Shown piece after piece: positions 12,458-25,503 of a stretch of 64,000 bases of DNA (positions are counted from its first letter, which is position 1; every line of letters begins with the position of its first letter). A program made the translations under genes and the position numbers. This DNA comes from Albugo candida (lineage: Eukaryota). The DNA is taken from NCBI GenBank assembly GCA_040437565.1, contig JBDOQK010000007.1, forward strand, positions 248,001 through 312,000. The letters are read 5' to 3'. The notes below the pieces were generated by a model. It was not told the DNA's origin. It saw only the letters and a list, made by a program, of their open reading frames with translations, and did no database searches.

Positions 12458-13911
12458 TTATGGCAATGGCTCCGAAGCATCTCCGACACGCTTCAGATGC
12501 AAATAAGTGTCTGTCCCGTAGCCTTCCATGGAGATGACCTGCAAATCACCGCCAAAATATCGAGCAAATAAACGACTTATCGGCAAACCATATCCTAATC
12601 CTGCAAGCGGTGAATCACCGCCAAAGTCATCAGGAGCTTCCATTCGTTCGAATGCTTTTGCATCGGCAGTTGTGTACAGATACGACCAAATTCGAGGTAG
12701 AGATGAACGAGGTATCCCGCCTCCTTCATCAGATATTTTGATCGACACGTCCTCGTTATCCTCACCATCCGCAATTATTATTCTGATAGGTGGCATGTCG
12801 CTATCCACTCCATGATATTCCACCACAGCGCGCATAGAATTCTAAATTAAATAAAGCAACAATGATACACGTAATCGTTGGACGTAGCATGTAGTACCTT
12901 GATTACTTCGAAGAGCATGTGGTGTAAGTGACTTGGAACATAGGGCATTGAGAAATCTGTGTGACCATGCACCTCAACATCTGGAGCATCCCCATATTGC
13001 CGTATACACATGTTTCTTGCAGTGTCTATTGCTCCCAGTGCAATCTCTGCTGGTGATGTGGTCTCACAGATGCATCCAACCCATCCTTCCTCTTCTTCAT
13101 GAAGCGCGATATGTTGACCCATAAGCATTCGAATTCCAATACGAGACATATAAAATGCATCTAAAAAAGAGTGTATATCGACCAGGTCTGCAAATTGTAC
13201 AGTTCGAGCTGGTTCTTGGTTTTGATCCCCAGCATCAGCTTTTTTATCGAACAGATTCGCGCTTTGGTGTACTTTCAACCATTCCGTTTTCAATTCATAA
13301 ACGCCTCGTGCCATCGTGAACAGCGTACCATTATGTCTCTTCTTGATAGATTCTATCAGATCGGTAAATTTTAACTCTTGATCTGGTGTTTCCACACGTG
13401 GAAATGTAAGTAGTTCTTCGATCGACTGAAGATACCATTCGCGAACCTTTTGTACCGATGGCATGCGATTTAGACCATGAGGTAGATCCTCCAAATTCCG
13501 AATTCGATGCGCATAACGCACCGCCAACTCATGATGAAGGAATTTTGCGGCTAAGATCAATTTGTTTGAGTTTATGTGATGTCCGTAATCGAATAATTCC
13601 TGCAACGAGACTCCAGTTTGTGGTACACGAGCGAGTTGACGGACTCTTTTCATCATTGAATCAGAAGAGAACGACTGATTCAGTGACGATGATATCATCT
13701 TGACATGATTTCGAGATCTTATGCATATTCGATGCAAGTCGGGAATCGCATTCGATCTCGACGAGTAAGTATTGGCCCCGAGCAGTTTAGTGAGATGCCG
13801 TTGATGCAAACAACATCCTCTTGTTGAGTAATGTGTATATCGAGGTGAAAGCACAAGTGATGCATTCGCGGAAGGATACGACAGGCGACAGATCGAACGA
13901 GCAAGTCGCAT
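12458..13911 (-). CDS. PDK: Mitochondrial pyruvate dehydrogenase kinase
   Basis: 'FLDAFYMSRIGIRML', 'HLHHMLFEVIKNSMRA', 'IKISDEGGG', 'PLAGLGYGLPISRLFARYFGGDL'; transit-peptide-like N-terminus; one intron near 12845-12898. Confidence 0.93.
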
Positions 13912-13992
13912 CGCAACTGTAATGTTTCGACCACACGGCGAACTTAATCTGCAAAGCGATCAAGTTCGCATCGTGGCTTAGGCAGTACCATC

Positions 13993-14806
13993 ATGTCGGT
14001 TGAGCAAAAAATGGAACAAGAGCGCAAACGTCTAAACACGTCATTTGTTCTGAATCTGGTATTGTACAAATGGAGTATATACTACATATCGGTCAGAGTG
14101 TGTCAGTGACTTTCAATAATATGCTCAGATTCTGTCAGTCGGTCTATTCGTCACGACTCTCTTTCTTCTGAAAACGCCTATTGTTGGCTTCAATGCATTT
14201 TGCACTGCGGGGATCGAAGTTGTGTACTCACTTCTCTCCATATTAATACTTAATAGGTCGCCTTCTGCATTTTCGGTCAGTGATACCGCCTTATCTGTTG
14301 AAGAGATCTCAACTCAGATTATCGTCAGGTTGGCCTTGTCATGGGCGCTTCACTTTTTATTATTTTTCAGTCCTTCCAAGGGATGATTTTGTGGGTGAGG
14401 TAGTCAATATCTTGTTATGGAAGGAGTCAGTCATAACTAAATTGTCAGGGGTTTGTGTCCGACATACAACAAAATTTCGCTGGCACCATCGCTTCGTGCA
14501 TTAATGCAGCTCTTGTCTCATTACAACTCTGGACTTCATTTCAACTTTGGAAATCAAAAGAAGATGTCATCGATACGTATGCAGGTATTTGTAACATCAC
14601 TTTGCCACACAGGAACAAATGATTGATATAGTGCTCACTTTACAGCGTATGAGTACATTCCAGATAGCAATGGTCCTTCATCAAAGACTTCAGGGTTTGA
14701 ATTTGCACCAGACTCTCTGTTGTCTTACCAGGCATCAGCCCTTACCAGTATGGGGGGTCAAGGCAACATGACACAGTCTAGCTTTCCCCCCACAGCTGAT
14801 ATATAA
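13993..14806 (+). CDS. Hypothetical small multi-exon membrane protein
   Basis: ATG 13993 (MSVEQKMEQERKR), GT-AG-flanked hydrophobic exons, final exon ending FPPTADI*; no family recognised. Confidence 0.55.
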
Positions 14807-15007
14807 TCTAATGTGTGTTTAATGCATCGTACGCCCGCCTTCCATCCGAAACTGAGTATACTCGATTCTAAATATTTTGCTATGTGAGTCAGAAGCATCT
14901 TTAGCTCAATTTCTTGGAAAAATCGTAGTAAATGATAAAAAGACGATTTCATTATAAACTTGTCCTCCCGTTGGCCACACACTATTTATAATCTCCTTGA
15001 TGGCAAC

Positions 15008-16215
15008 ATGAAGGGAGATGCGGCAGCGCTAGCAGTCCTTCAGCGTCAAGTGGAGTCTAAACTCGGCTTCACGCGCTCTTCCACATTTTCAACTAAAATA
15101 TCGGTTCGTTTACGCAGTTGTGCTTCTGTCTTTGCATAAGTTCTCATCGTTTCGCACAGAATCGTTTTTATGCGGATAATTCCCTAGACAAGCATGAGCG
15201 ATTGATTGAACGCAGCAAGCGTGAGAAACTTCGAGTCATAGAAAACAAACTTAGACAAGTAGGTCGTTATCCTTTCTTATGGAATACCAATGGGTGATTG
15301 AAAACATTTGTTTAGTGTCAGCGTTATCGTAAAAAGCAGATCATTTATGAAGAACAGCTATTGAGGTTAGCTATTAGAGAGGAACGTGAAGCGCTTCATA
15401 GGAAACAAGAACGTGCACGTTTTGCAGCTCAGTCTATCCAGCGTATGTGGCGCTTTGTTCGGGTAAAAAGAGAAAAGAAAGATCTACTCGTACGAGCTGG
15501 TTGCATTATTGTGGCTGCTCTTTGCGTGCGAATGAAAAGAAAACATCTTTTACGGATGCAGGCGGTATCAAAGATGCAAAAATGGTGGCGTGGTCGAATA
15601 AAAGACATCCGTCGAGAACGGTGTCTTCGTAGATTCCAAACAGCATACAGAGAACGGCTGATTCGAAGAAAAGAACATGCTTTGCACAATGCGCAACTGA
15701 TTCAGCGATGGTATCGCCAACTATTACGGAGACGTCGCTTGCGTGCAGCGTATACAATATATCGAGCTTGGCGTTCGCATTACGTGAAACGAAAAATCAG
15801 ACACCATTCTAGGGCGTTTCGTCATCTTCAAAAGATGAAGAATATGGAGCAGAGCGCTCGGATTTTACAACACGCGATTGCAGGATACTGTATCCGACGT
15901 CAAGTAGCTTTGGAACCTGAATTCAAATATTATGCAAAAGTGCAGAAGGCTTTTGAGAAGATAAGGAAGATGGAGCAGAAGCGCAAATCACCCTCTCAAG
16001 AATGGATGATAAAAAACACAAAGAAACGACTACAGGAGCTTAAGATCGCTGAGCAGAGTTTGTTAGATCAGGAAATTTTTATTCGGGATCAAATTAAGGC
16101 ACTGAGGGCTAAATGCTCCGCTCTTCGATCGCAACGGACAGAAGCCGTCAATCTGCTTTCACGATCACGAAAGCGCACAAGATCAAAGCGATTTTGGATG
16201 CTTGAGAGGACATAG
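15008..16215 (+). CDS. IQ-motif (calmodulin-binding) coiled-coil protein
   Basis: 'AQSIQRMWR', 'MQKWWRG', 'AQLIQRWYR', 'ARILQHAIAGY'; basic coiled coil. Confidence 0.7.
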
Positions 16216-16436
16216 ATCACACAAAATTTACAACACCGTTTGAGTAGACGAAAGCGTGACCAGTTGTGAGTAGAAGTACTTGACAGGCGAGTCATTATCA
16301 TCTCACTCGATTCGGAGTACACGATTCGCCTTGGAACGGAAGTCATTATCGCAAAAGAGCTCTTGATGCGGTGGCAGCAATTGATCTCGATACATAGTGT
16401 GTCTGCGACCGGACAATCACAGTGTTTTAGGATACA

Positions 16437-18360
16437 ATGAGTAGCAATCGCGAGGCATTGATGCAGCTCTATGAACGGCTGCAAACCGGCCTGTCTAAAG
16501 CAGACGCATATGAATGTCTTTTAGAGATAGCTGAAGGTAATTTTGATAGAGAAATTGTTTCGAGTTGTATTCATGTGAGCAGTGACTTGCTTAATCCAGG
16601 CACGTAAACAGTCCTTGTTTTGGGCAGATACTTTTAGCCTTGCATGGCGCACCATTCATAAATTCACGTGCGAACAAAATCCACTGGTTGATAATGCATG
16701 CAACCTGCAATTTGGAATTTTACGCGCTTGGACACATGCTTTTGTGAAGCCTTTTGTTTCCAATCTTGAAAAATCGAGACATCATATTGCTCCAGCACAG
16801 CGTCAGAATTTCCAACAAAAGGTCAGATTTTCATCACGAGCTTTTAAGCTTCTCATCCAGTACACATTTTGTAGCAAAAAATAGTAGCGGCGTTTTTGCT
16901 CCATTTACTCTCACTGGAGCTGTTCACGATCCAAGCTGTGGGGTCAAGAGATTTCTGTTTGTCGATTTTGGACATCTTAGTAAAGTGTGGTTTGAACTTT
17001 TACACTCTTACCGCAACGATACGATTCCAGAAGCTCATACAGAATAAGCTCGCTTTATTGTCACCACAGTCTGACGGCTCAGATCTCTTTTCCTATGCTG
17101 AAAAAGACGTTCATAATACCGACGATGGAGAAGAGCCCAAGGCAATTCGTCAGATCATCAGAGAGTATAGTGATACGCTACATGTTACTGGTTTCGAAGA
17201 CTCTATGGTTGATTCGGACGACTTTATTACGTGGTCAGCAGTTGGCATTCTTCGGTTTACTTACAGCGTATGGGTCGAGTCTGAAGATGCGCATAAGGCG
17301 AATAATATTGATCCATTAACATGGTTATATGTGACAAGCGCTGTTGTCGAGGTGTATTTGAAGCATGGCGATCTGGAGGTCAGCAATACAAACGTGTGGT
17401 TATAGCGATATAATTCCCTATGTGGACAGATGCGTAAGCGCGGGATCGAGATAGCTCATAAGGTACTGGATGTATGCCCTCTTGATCAGCTAGTAATTCA
17501 TCAAGAGCCAATAGTAGAAGGTACTTGAGTTTGGATGGTCCTATTTCAAAGCCATTACTAACAAATTGTGTGTACGAAGCCAAATTCCATGAGCTGCATC
17601 AAGAGATGTGGCTATCAGACCTTATCCAACACATCACCAGTACAATGATTCAATTTTATGATGTAAGTGATAGGAGCACTTCACTAAAGGCACTTCAGAA
17701 ATTACTCGATACAATACAACTGGAGTCACGGTATAATCGTCTTTTTTCAAAAAAATTGCTGATAAAGATCGCTAGAATGACGCATGTGATCCGTAGCTGC
17801 AAATTGCTTATGAAATTGACGTTAGTCTGCCCGTACGCCAATATTTCAGCTTATTTTATCGACAAGCTTCGCTCCGATACTGTCACTGCCTGGACCACGC
17901 TTTCCTCATTACCTGGTATAGCTCATCCTACATTCTCAGTATTTCTCCCCGATGATCGCTTTGTTTTACAGATATTTGGGTGCGCGAAATTCCACAATTT
18001 TTAAGCGTAGTACTTCATTCCATCAACGAACGTGATCTCAATGAGTGCACGGAATTGGCTTGTAGCTGCCTTAGTCTCGTTCGATTTTTCAAGCTCCGTG
18101 ATCAGGTCATTACAAATGAACATTTGATAAAATGCGTTCTCACAATACGGACATAGGCCAATAAGACCGGGGTCCAGAATGGAGCACTCTGCACCCGACT
18201 GCGCACAGACTTGATTCTCTTCAAAAAAAGGCTGGCAATCTTGATAAAGGAGCTACAGTCTAACTCCCCGACCAAACCCTTTCCAGCAAAAGTGATCCAT
18301 TCGAGACCTTATCTTCTAAATGCAGCTCTGGAGTCGTCTTTAGCATTGTTCCAAACATGA
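16437..18360 (+). CDS. Glomulin/ALF4/YBP-like helical protein (RBX1-binding cullin-RING ligase inhibitor family)
   Basis: C-terminal 'CPYANISAYFIDKLR' and 'LACSCLSLVRFFKLRDQ-ANKTGV' resemble the glomulin C-terminal signature (SLNLLRYLVIKD..NQTG). Confidence 0.6.
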
Positions 18361-18956
18361 TTGACAGAATAGAGGCGCTTTTGTGGATGAATGCAGTCGA
18401 ATAATCGTCGAATATAAAGTAAGCATAAGACTTGAGACCGCTGTTATCAAATTGAAAGCGAAGGTATCCAAAAAAAGGTTTCGGCTCCTCATACTCCTCC
18501 AAGAGCGTATAGTCACTACTGAAGGGATACTTAATTCTGCGGGCTGACTGCTCGCAATTCGCTGATAGCCTTTGACGATATAACTCGATTGAAACTTTCT
18601 GTGAAATGACTGATGCTTTCATTCGTCAGACAAATTGTCCTTCCTCGTCGTCCCCCAATGCTAAAATCACACGCAATTCAGACCGTGATTTGAGCATAAA
18701 ACTCATGACTTCTATGCCTGCTCCGACGCATTGTATTAGCGACATCCGGGCGCGAAATGATGTAGCAGCACGGTTACCGCATACAATTGCAATCTGCACG
18801 CCAAAAGAGAACCCTCGAATACGCTACTTATCCTCCTCGGCATGGAAACATGTGCGAGTGAGAGACGTCCAACCTTGCGACATTGACTTGACTTTATCCT
18901 TACAAGACAAAAAAGTAAACTCAGAATTTGTATCCGCACCGCTGTCGTTTGCAAAT

Positions 18957-20483
18957 ATGGCAACATCCTCCGATGCACTACCGACAATTTCATGGCCTGA
19001 AAATGTGGAAACAGCCTCGGTCTCATCGACGACCTTGCAGCAGGATATAATTTCCCGGATATCAACACTTCGAACACTTGTCGAACAAGGCTTTCTATCA
19101 ACGGAGGAATACGAACGGTACCGTGTCATTTATATACTTCAATTCAAGCACAATGTACTGATGCTCTGATTGTGTGCTAGCCGCAAAACCACAATTGTAG
19201 ATGAGGTCACTTATTCATCCCACTCCATCGTGACAGCAACTCGAGTTCCTATGGTCACGCATCCAGAGACAACTACACGTCGAATGTTTCAGACGCTGGA
19301 AGGTACAGTCTGTCAATTTTGGGAGCGTGGAAATAGATCAAAGTCAGTATTAATGTAGGAGCACCGGCTGTGAGACCACACGCTCCAGACTTTCGGAATG
19401 TCGTGCCAGAAGTAGCAACAAAGCATGTGTTTGATTACGATACACGCCAATGGCATAGTCTCGAGGTCAGGTCATAAGCGTCGTGGAGAATAACCAACAA
19501 ATTGTGTGACGGGTGTACCACTAGGTCTACGTGTGCCTGGATGAGGTTCCATTTGGCAAAGGAAGTCTACGTGTGGTTCACCATCTGTTGGATTTGAATG
19601 ATTTGAACGGACAGGGCCGAACATATGTTGCCAAATTAGCGATCGATCCGAACGAAGACCCGCAAACGTATTTTCGGGACATTGAAACGCAAGCACACTG
19701 TGCATACTATGCACGGTTGTATAATTCTTATAACCCACCAAAACGTGTCGAATTCATCCAAGCGTGGATTTTAGAGTTGGTTGAGAGGTAGGGGCGACCA
19801 AGATTCCATCCGTTTGACAATTGCTTACTCACGTACACATTCAGAAAAGGAGCCTTGTGCGCTGTTGAGCCTTACATCGAAGGGGAGTATCGCAAACACA
19901 ACAACAATTTCGGATGCGTCAGCGAAGAGGAGCGGAATACCCCTCAAGCGTTTTCCCATTTCACATACGAAGCATCGAATCACGAGATCCTTGCTGTGGA
20001 TATACAAGGAGTGGGCGACTTGTATACTGATCCACAAATACACACACTTAACGGGAATGATTTTGGTAAAGGAAATCTGGGCGTATTGGGTTTCCAAAAG
20101 TTTTTGTCTTCCCATCGTTGCAACTCCATTTGTCGATATCTAAAGCTTCCTCCCGTGAATCCAAAGGTTCGCAATATATTGCTCCTCGTTATTTTGTCGT
20201 ATCTGATGACTTCTGCCTTCCCTCGTAGGATCGACAAGCTGATGATGGCACAGTTCCATTGCAGGAATTGATGAACAAAGATTGTGTTCGGACCGCGCGG
20301 TTCGAGTCCAGACATTATTATGAGAATGCTCCGATGCTTCAAAAATATATATCTCAATGCCGCGAACTCGAAAATCGGAATTCGCAGAATGAAACCATCA
20401 CTTGGACTTCTCCAATCACCCCTCCTCTCTCTTCTAGATTCGAATGTGCTCAAATATCGACTTGGTGTTGCTGTATCCAGTGA
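18957..20483 (+). CDS. Alpha-kinase (eEF2K/MHCK type) with N-terminal SHOCT domain and C-terminal CCIQ
   Basis: 'FGKGSLR', 'YVAK', 'EPYIEGEYRKHNNN', 'PQAFSHFTY', 'AVDIQG', 'TDPQIH', 'GKGNLG', 'HRCNSIC'; SHOCT-like 'LRTLVEQGFLSTEEYE'. Start could be further upstream (frame open from 18606). Confidence 0.9.
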
Positions 20484-20636
20484 GATTTTGAATTATATCT
20501 TCTTTATCTTACTATGGAAATGAGCATTCGATACCGCCATCGTCTTGTTCACTCATTGCATTCTGGCAATTCGGCTAGCATCTCGTAAATGTTTCCAGCG
20601 CAAAAAATAATGTAGCAGTATTGCGTCATAATTGTG

Positions 20637-21804
20637 TTATATTGATTCAGTCTCGTATATCTGAAGCAACGCATCATCGCCTCCTGAAACCAAGCGGCTT
20701 CCAGTGGAATTGTAAGCAACACTCCAAACCTATCAGTAAAGGAATTTTCAAGACTGAAAGGCAATCTATTGTGAATCTTACTTGATCCGTATGTGTCTCG
20801 AATGTCGTCATACACTGTCTTGAACCAAGATCCCATATTTTGACTTTTTTGTCGGCACCGCTGCAAATGAAATGATAGTTAGCACCCGGCTATGTCACCA
20901 TACGTATGTGAGTGTTACGCTGAAGCAAATTGAGTCCCACTAGGCGAGTTGGCGACACATGTGACCCAGGATACGTGGCCTGATAGTGACGCCATCATGG
21001 TATGATGTGTGACATCATAGACGTTGACTTGCATGTCGTCTGAAGCTACCATCAGCATTTTTCCATCGGATGTGTATGATAACGAGCGAACGGGTTTTGT
21101 ACGATCTACATAGGTATGCACAAGTTTGCTTGTTTCGGCGTCGTAAATTCCAACGATTCCGTCGTATCCTCCATATGCGATATACTTTCCATCCGGTGAC
21201 TACAAGCAGGTTGTATTCATACAAAGTCCCGATTCGTACTGCTGAATGTTCACGTACATAGACGACGCTCATGACAAATTTCGATTCGGTCGGAATCTCA
21301 GATATGATTTTTTCTGCTTCCAGATCTATAACGTTAATCTTTGCTTTTTGACTCCCAGAGGCAACTTGGGAAGAATTGGGATGTAATGCAATCTTCCACA
21401 ATTCTCCTGAACCCACGTCAAACTTTTTTATTGTGGTCCCATTTTTCAAATCGAGCACACGTATATGGCAATCGAGTGAGCTTGTGATCGCCCTCGAGTT
21501 TTGTGCGCCAGTAATTGAAAGAATTCCAAGATTATGGCCTGAAATCTCGTGTATTGGTGATATTGCATCCAGGTCCGCTTGCCTATAACATTTCTTCAGG
21601 TGAGATATTCACGAGAGATGCTCGTATTACCATGCTTTGGCATTCTCATCCACGGAGCCGGTCAAAATGACGTTATTGCTGGTCCAAAATGTACTCCATA
21701 TACCGTCTGTATGGGCATTTGGTACTGATAGTGATGCCCGTAGCTATAAAAAGACAGAATACATAACTAATACATCCTCAGATGACAACTCGGTGACGTA
21801 CCAT
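20637..21804 (-). CDS. WDR61: WD40 protein WDR61/SKI8
   Basis: '[21 protein letters not shown]', '[12 protein letters not shown]', '[11 protein letters not shown]', '[12 protein letters not shown]', '[19 protein letters not shown]'. Confidence 0.88.
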
Positions 21805-23845
21805 GAATTCCGCAGATAAGTACCAGTACTTATCAGTGGCTATGATAAAGAAAGTAAAAATAGATCAAACGCAAAGATGCGGAAAGAATACTTATTTTGG
21901 CATTCACATACGCAATAAATTAGTCCTACATCTATATCATTCGGCAACATTCTATCATGGATATATCACCTTCTCAATTGCTGAATCGAGAGCTTGAAGC
22001 ACTGTCTGACACAGTCAATCTATGCAATCCAGTTACATTTTATCATACTAATGATTGGTAAGTCACTTGGTCTTTTGATACACTTAATCTAATACCGGAA
22101 ATGTTTAGGAAAAGCTCATCTCAACATGCATTGTCAGTGGCAAAGAAGGAGGATGGGTACATCGCGCGATTGCCCGATACATTCATACTTACAGAAGAAA
22201 TGAAACACGTAGCTAGCAAGAATGCAACTTTCTTGAATATCGAAAAAATGAAACACTCAACTTCAACGCTATTACCAAACAAAGTACCTCCCAGGACCAT
22301 GCAGCGCAGTCATTTGAATGGTATTCTTGCAGGTCTTCCAGGAAGCAAGACTGCTCCCACGAGTAGCTACACAAGAGANNNNNNNNNNNNNNNNNNNNNN
22401 NNNNNNNNNNNNNNNNNNNNNNNNNNNNNNNNNNNNNNNNNNNNNNNNNNNNNNNNNNNNNNNNNNNNNNNNNNNNNNACATCATAGACGTTGACTTGCA
22501 TGTCGTCTGAAGCTACCATCAGCATTTTTCCATCGGATGTGTATGACAACGAGCGAACGGGTTTTGTACGATCTACATAGGTATGCACAAGTTTGCTTGT
22601 TTCGGCGTCGTAAATTCCAACGATTCCGTCGTATCCTCCATATGCGATATACTTTCCATCCGGTGACTACAAGCAGGTTGTATTCATACAAAGTCCCGAT
22701 TCGTACTGCTGAATGTTCACGTACATAGACGACGCTCATGACAAATTTCGATTCGGTCGGAATCTCAGATATGATTTTTTCTGCTTCCAGATCTATAACG
22801 TTAATCTTTGCTTTTTGACTCCCAGAGGCAACTTGGGAAGAATTGGGATGTAATGCAATCTTCCACAATTCTCCTGAACCCACGTCAAACTTTTTTATTG
22901 TGGTCCCATTTTTCAAATCGAGCACACGTATATGGCAATCGAGTGAGCTTGTGATCGCCCTCGAGTTTTGTGCGCCAGTAATTGAAAGAATTCCAAGATT
23001 ATGGCCTGAAATCTCGTGTATTGGTGATATTGCATCCAGGTCCGCTTGCCTATAACATTTCTTCAGGTGAGATATTCACGAGAGATGCTCGTATTACCAT
23101 GCTTTGGCATTCTCATCCACGGAGCCGGTCAAAATGACGTTATTGCTGGTCCAAAATGTACTCCATATACCGTCTGTATGGGCATTTGGTACTGATAGTG
23201 ATGCCCGTAGCTATAAAAAGACAGAATACATAACTAATACATCCTCAGATGACAACTCGGTGACGTACCATGAATTCCGCAGATAAGTACCAGTACTTAT
23301 CAGTGGCTATGATAAAGAAAGTAAAAATAGATCAAACGCAAAGATGCGGAAAGAATACTTATTTTGGCATTCACATACGCAATAAATTAGTCCTACATCT
23401 ATATCATTCGGCAACATTCTATCATGGATATATCACCTTCTCAATTGCTGAATCGAGAGCTTGAAGCACTGTCTGACACAGTCAATCTATGCAATCCAGT
23501 TACATTTTATCATACTAATGATTGGTAAGTCACTTGGTCTTTTGATACACTTAATCTAATACCGGAAATGTTTAGGAAAAGCTCATCTCAACATGCATTG
23601 TCAGTGGCAAAGAAGGAGGATGGGTACATCGCGCGATTGCCCGATACATTCATACTTACAGAAGAAATGAAACACGTAGCTAGCAAGAATGCAACTTTCT
23701 TGAATATCGAAAAAATGAAACACTCAACTTCAACGCTATTACCAAACAAAGTACCTCCCAGGACCATGCAGCGCAGTCATTTGAATGGTATTCTTGCAGG
23801 TCTTCCAGGAAGCAAGACTGCTCCCACGAGTAGCTACACAAGAGA
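21012..23845. repeat. 1367-bp direct duplication across N-gap (21012-22378 = 22479-23845), probable assembly overlap
   Basis: Identical by eye except T21080/C22547; copies abut the 100-N gap. Confidence 0.9.
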
Positions 23846-23975
23846 TTTTGTATACTCAGAACAGATGGGAGAAATGAACGAGAACAAAAACATGGAATTC
23901 TTTCGAAAGAAAGATGCTCACTCGGAGTATGTTGAGGCAAGAGCACGTTTCAGCAAGATGCATAGTGTAACTTAA
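23568..23975 (+). CDS. Hypothetical 135-aa protein (truncated duplicate at 22101-22378)
   Basis: Single-exon ATG-initiated ORF divergent from WDR61; no domain recognised. Confidence 0.6.
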   Translation: MFRKSSSQHALSVAKKEDGYIARLPDTFILTEEMKHVASKNATFLNIEKMKHSTSTLLPNKVPPRTMQRSHLNGILAGLPGSKTAPTSSYTRDFVYSEQMGEMNENKNMEFFRKKDAHSEYVEARARFSKMHSVT

Positions 23976-24218
23976 TGTATTTATATATACTGGAATATAT
24001 TCAAGACTGTATCGCTTTTGTGCGGGAAAAAGAGAGAGCGACATAGTTTACCGGGCAGTGCTCTTCTGAACAACTCTCCCTGCAATTGCAAAATGTTAGC
24101 AAGAATGAACTTGGGCAGCGTCATCGACCTATATTCTTGACTTGAATGTAAGGCACCTCAGTTGATGTGCAATGTGTACCTCAATTTGGGCGACTCATCT
24201 CCCCCACTCGCGACAACA

Positions 24219-25391
24219 ATGACAGAGCGTTTAAGCATTCAGGACGCAAACGATGATAATGATGCAAGTGTGATTCGAATCACTCAGTACGGAAAGTATA
24301 GAAAATATGTCACATACGCGACTGCCTTATTCAATGTAAGCTTTCGTACTTGCTTAGCTCTTCACCGGTAGCTAAAGATCCTTGTACCGTAGGAGAAAAA
24401 CGTCAGACATGTCCAATTAAAAGCCATGGGGTCGGCCATCAGCACGGCAATACAAGTAGCGGAGACTCTAAAGGAATCTGTGATTCATTTACATCAATCG
24501 ACAAAAATTGGATTGGCAGATGTTGCTTCCGATGTTTCTGCAAGAAATGAGTTTGTGAGAAGTGATCGAAAGAGGCAAACGCCATACATGTTCATCCATT
24601 TGTCTTTGGATGTTATTGATTCTTCAGTAAACAATAGAGACTCACAAAATCGTGAAGGAAACNNNNNNNNNNNNNNNNNNNNNNNNNNNNNNNNNNNNNN
24701 NNNNNNNNNNNNNNNNNNNNNNNNNNNNNNNNNNNNNNNNNNNNNNNNNNNNNNNNNNNNNNGGTAGCTAAAGATCCTTGTACCGTAGGAGAAAAACGTC
24801 AGACATGTCCAATTAAAAGCCATGGGGTCGGCCATCAGCACGGCAATACAAGTAGCGGAGACTCTAAAGGAATCTGTGATTCATTTACATCAATCGACAA
24901 AAATTGGATTGGCAGATGTTGCTTCCGATGTTTCTGCAAGAAATGAGTTTGTGAGAAGTGATCGAAAGAGGCAAACGCCATACATGTTCATCCATTTGTC
25001 TTTGGATGTTATTGATTCTTCAGTAAACAATAGAGACTCACAAAATCGTGAAGGAAACAAACGTTTCGGCGATGCAGGATCGCGAGGCACAAATAAAAGA
25101 TATGGTAGAGGTCAAAAAGGCTATGCACCGAATACTGATTCTCCTCGAGAAAATGGAGATTCATCGACTCAAGGAACGAAGTCAAGACGCCCCCGAAACA
25201 ATTCTGACAAAGTAAAACGTGAGAGAAAGCGTGAAGACCCACCTACCTCCGCACCTGAACGAGACCCGAAGGAAAAGGATCAAATCGAAAGTGCCGACGA
25301 TGGACAAGATGCTGTAACTTGGAAACGTGGAGAAAAAGCGTCGGGAAGGAATCGTCGACGTGAAATTCGTGCCAAAGTTCCAAGCAACTGA
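24219..25391 (+). CDS. Alba-domain RNA/DNA-binding protein (Rpp25-like) with Arg/Gly-rich tail
   Basis: 'IRITQYGKYRKYVTYATALF..HVQLKAMGSAISTAIQVAETLK..LHQST'; 24367-24662 is repeated at 24763-25058 across a gap. Confidence 0.85.
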
Positions 25392-25503
25392 TCGAAGAAA
25401 CGAACATAAGATCGAGCTTCGGTCAGTAGCGTCAAAACTAGATTTATGTCCCTGCCATTATTTTGACATTTTTGGACAGGAACAGTATAACAACATAAAC
25501 GTT

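Noticed and set aside
18260-18622. 120-aa minus-strand ORF
   Set aside because: Overlaps the end of the glomulin-like gene, no domain, no independent support.
22479-23271. Second WDR61 copy
   Set aside because: Part of the gap-flanking duplication; truncated and near-identical.
24367-25058. Double Alba domain
   Set aside because: Identical gap-flanking repeat.
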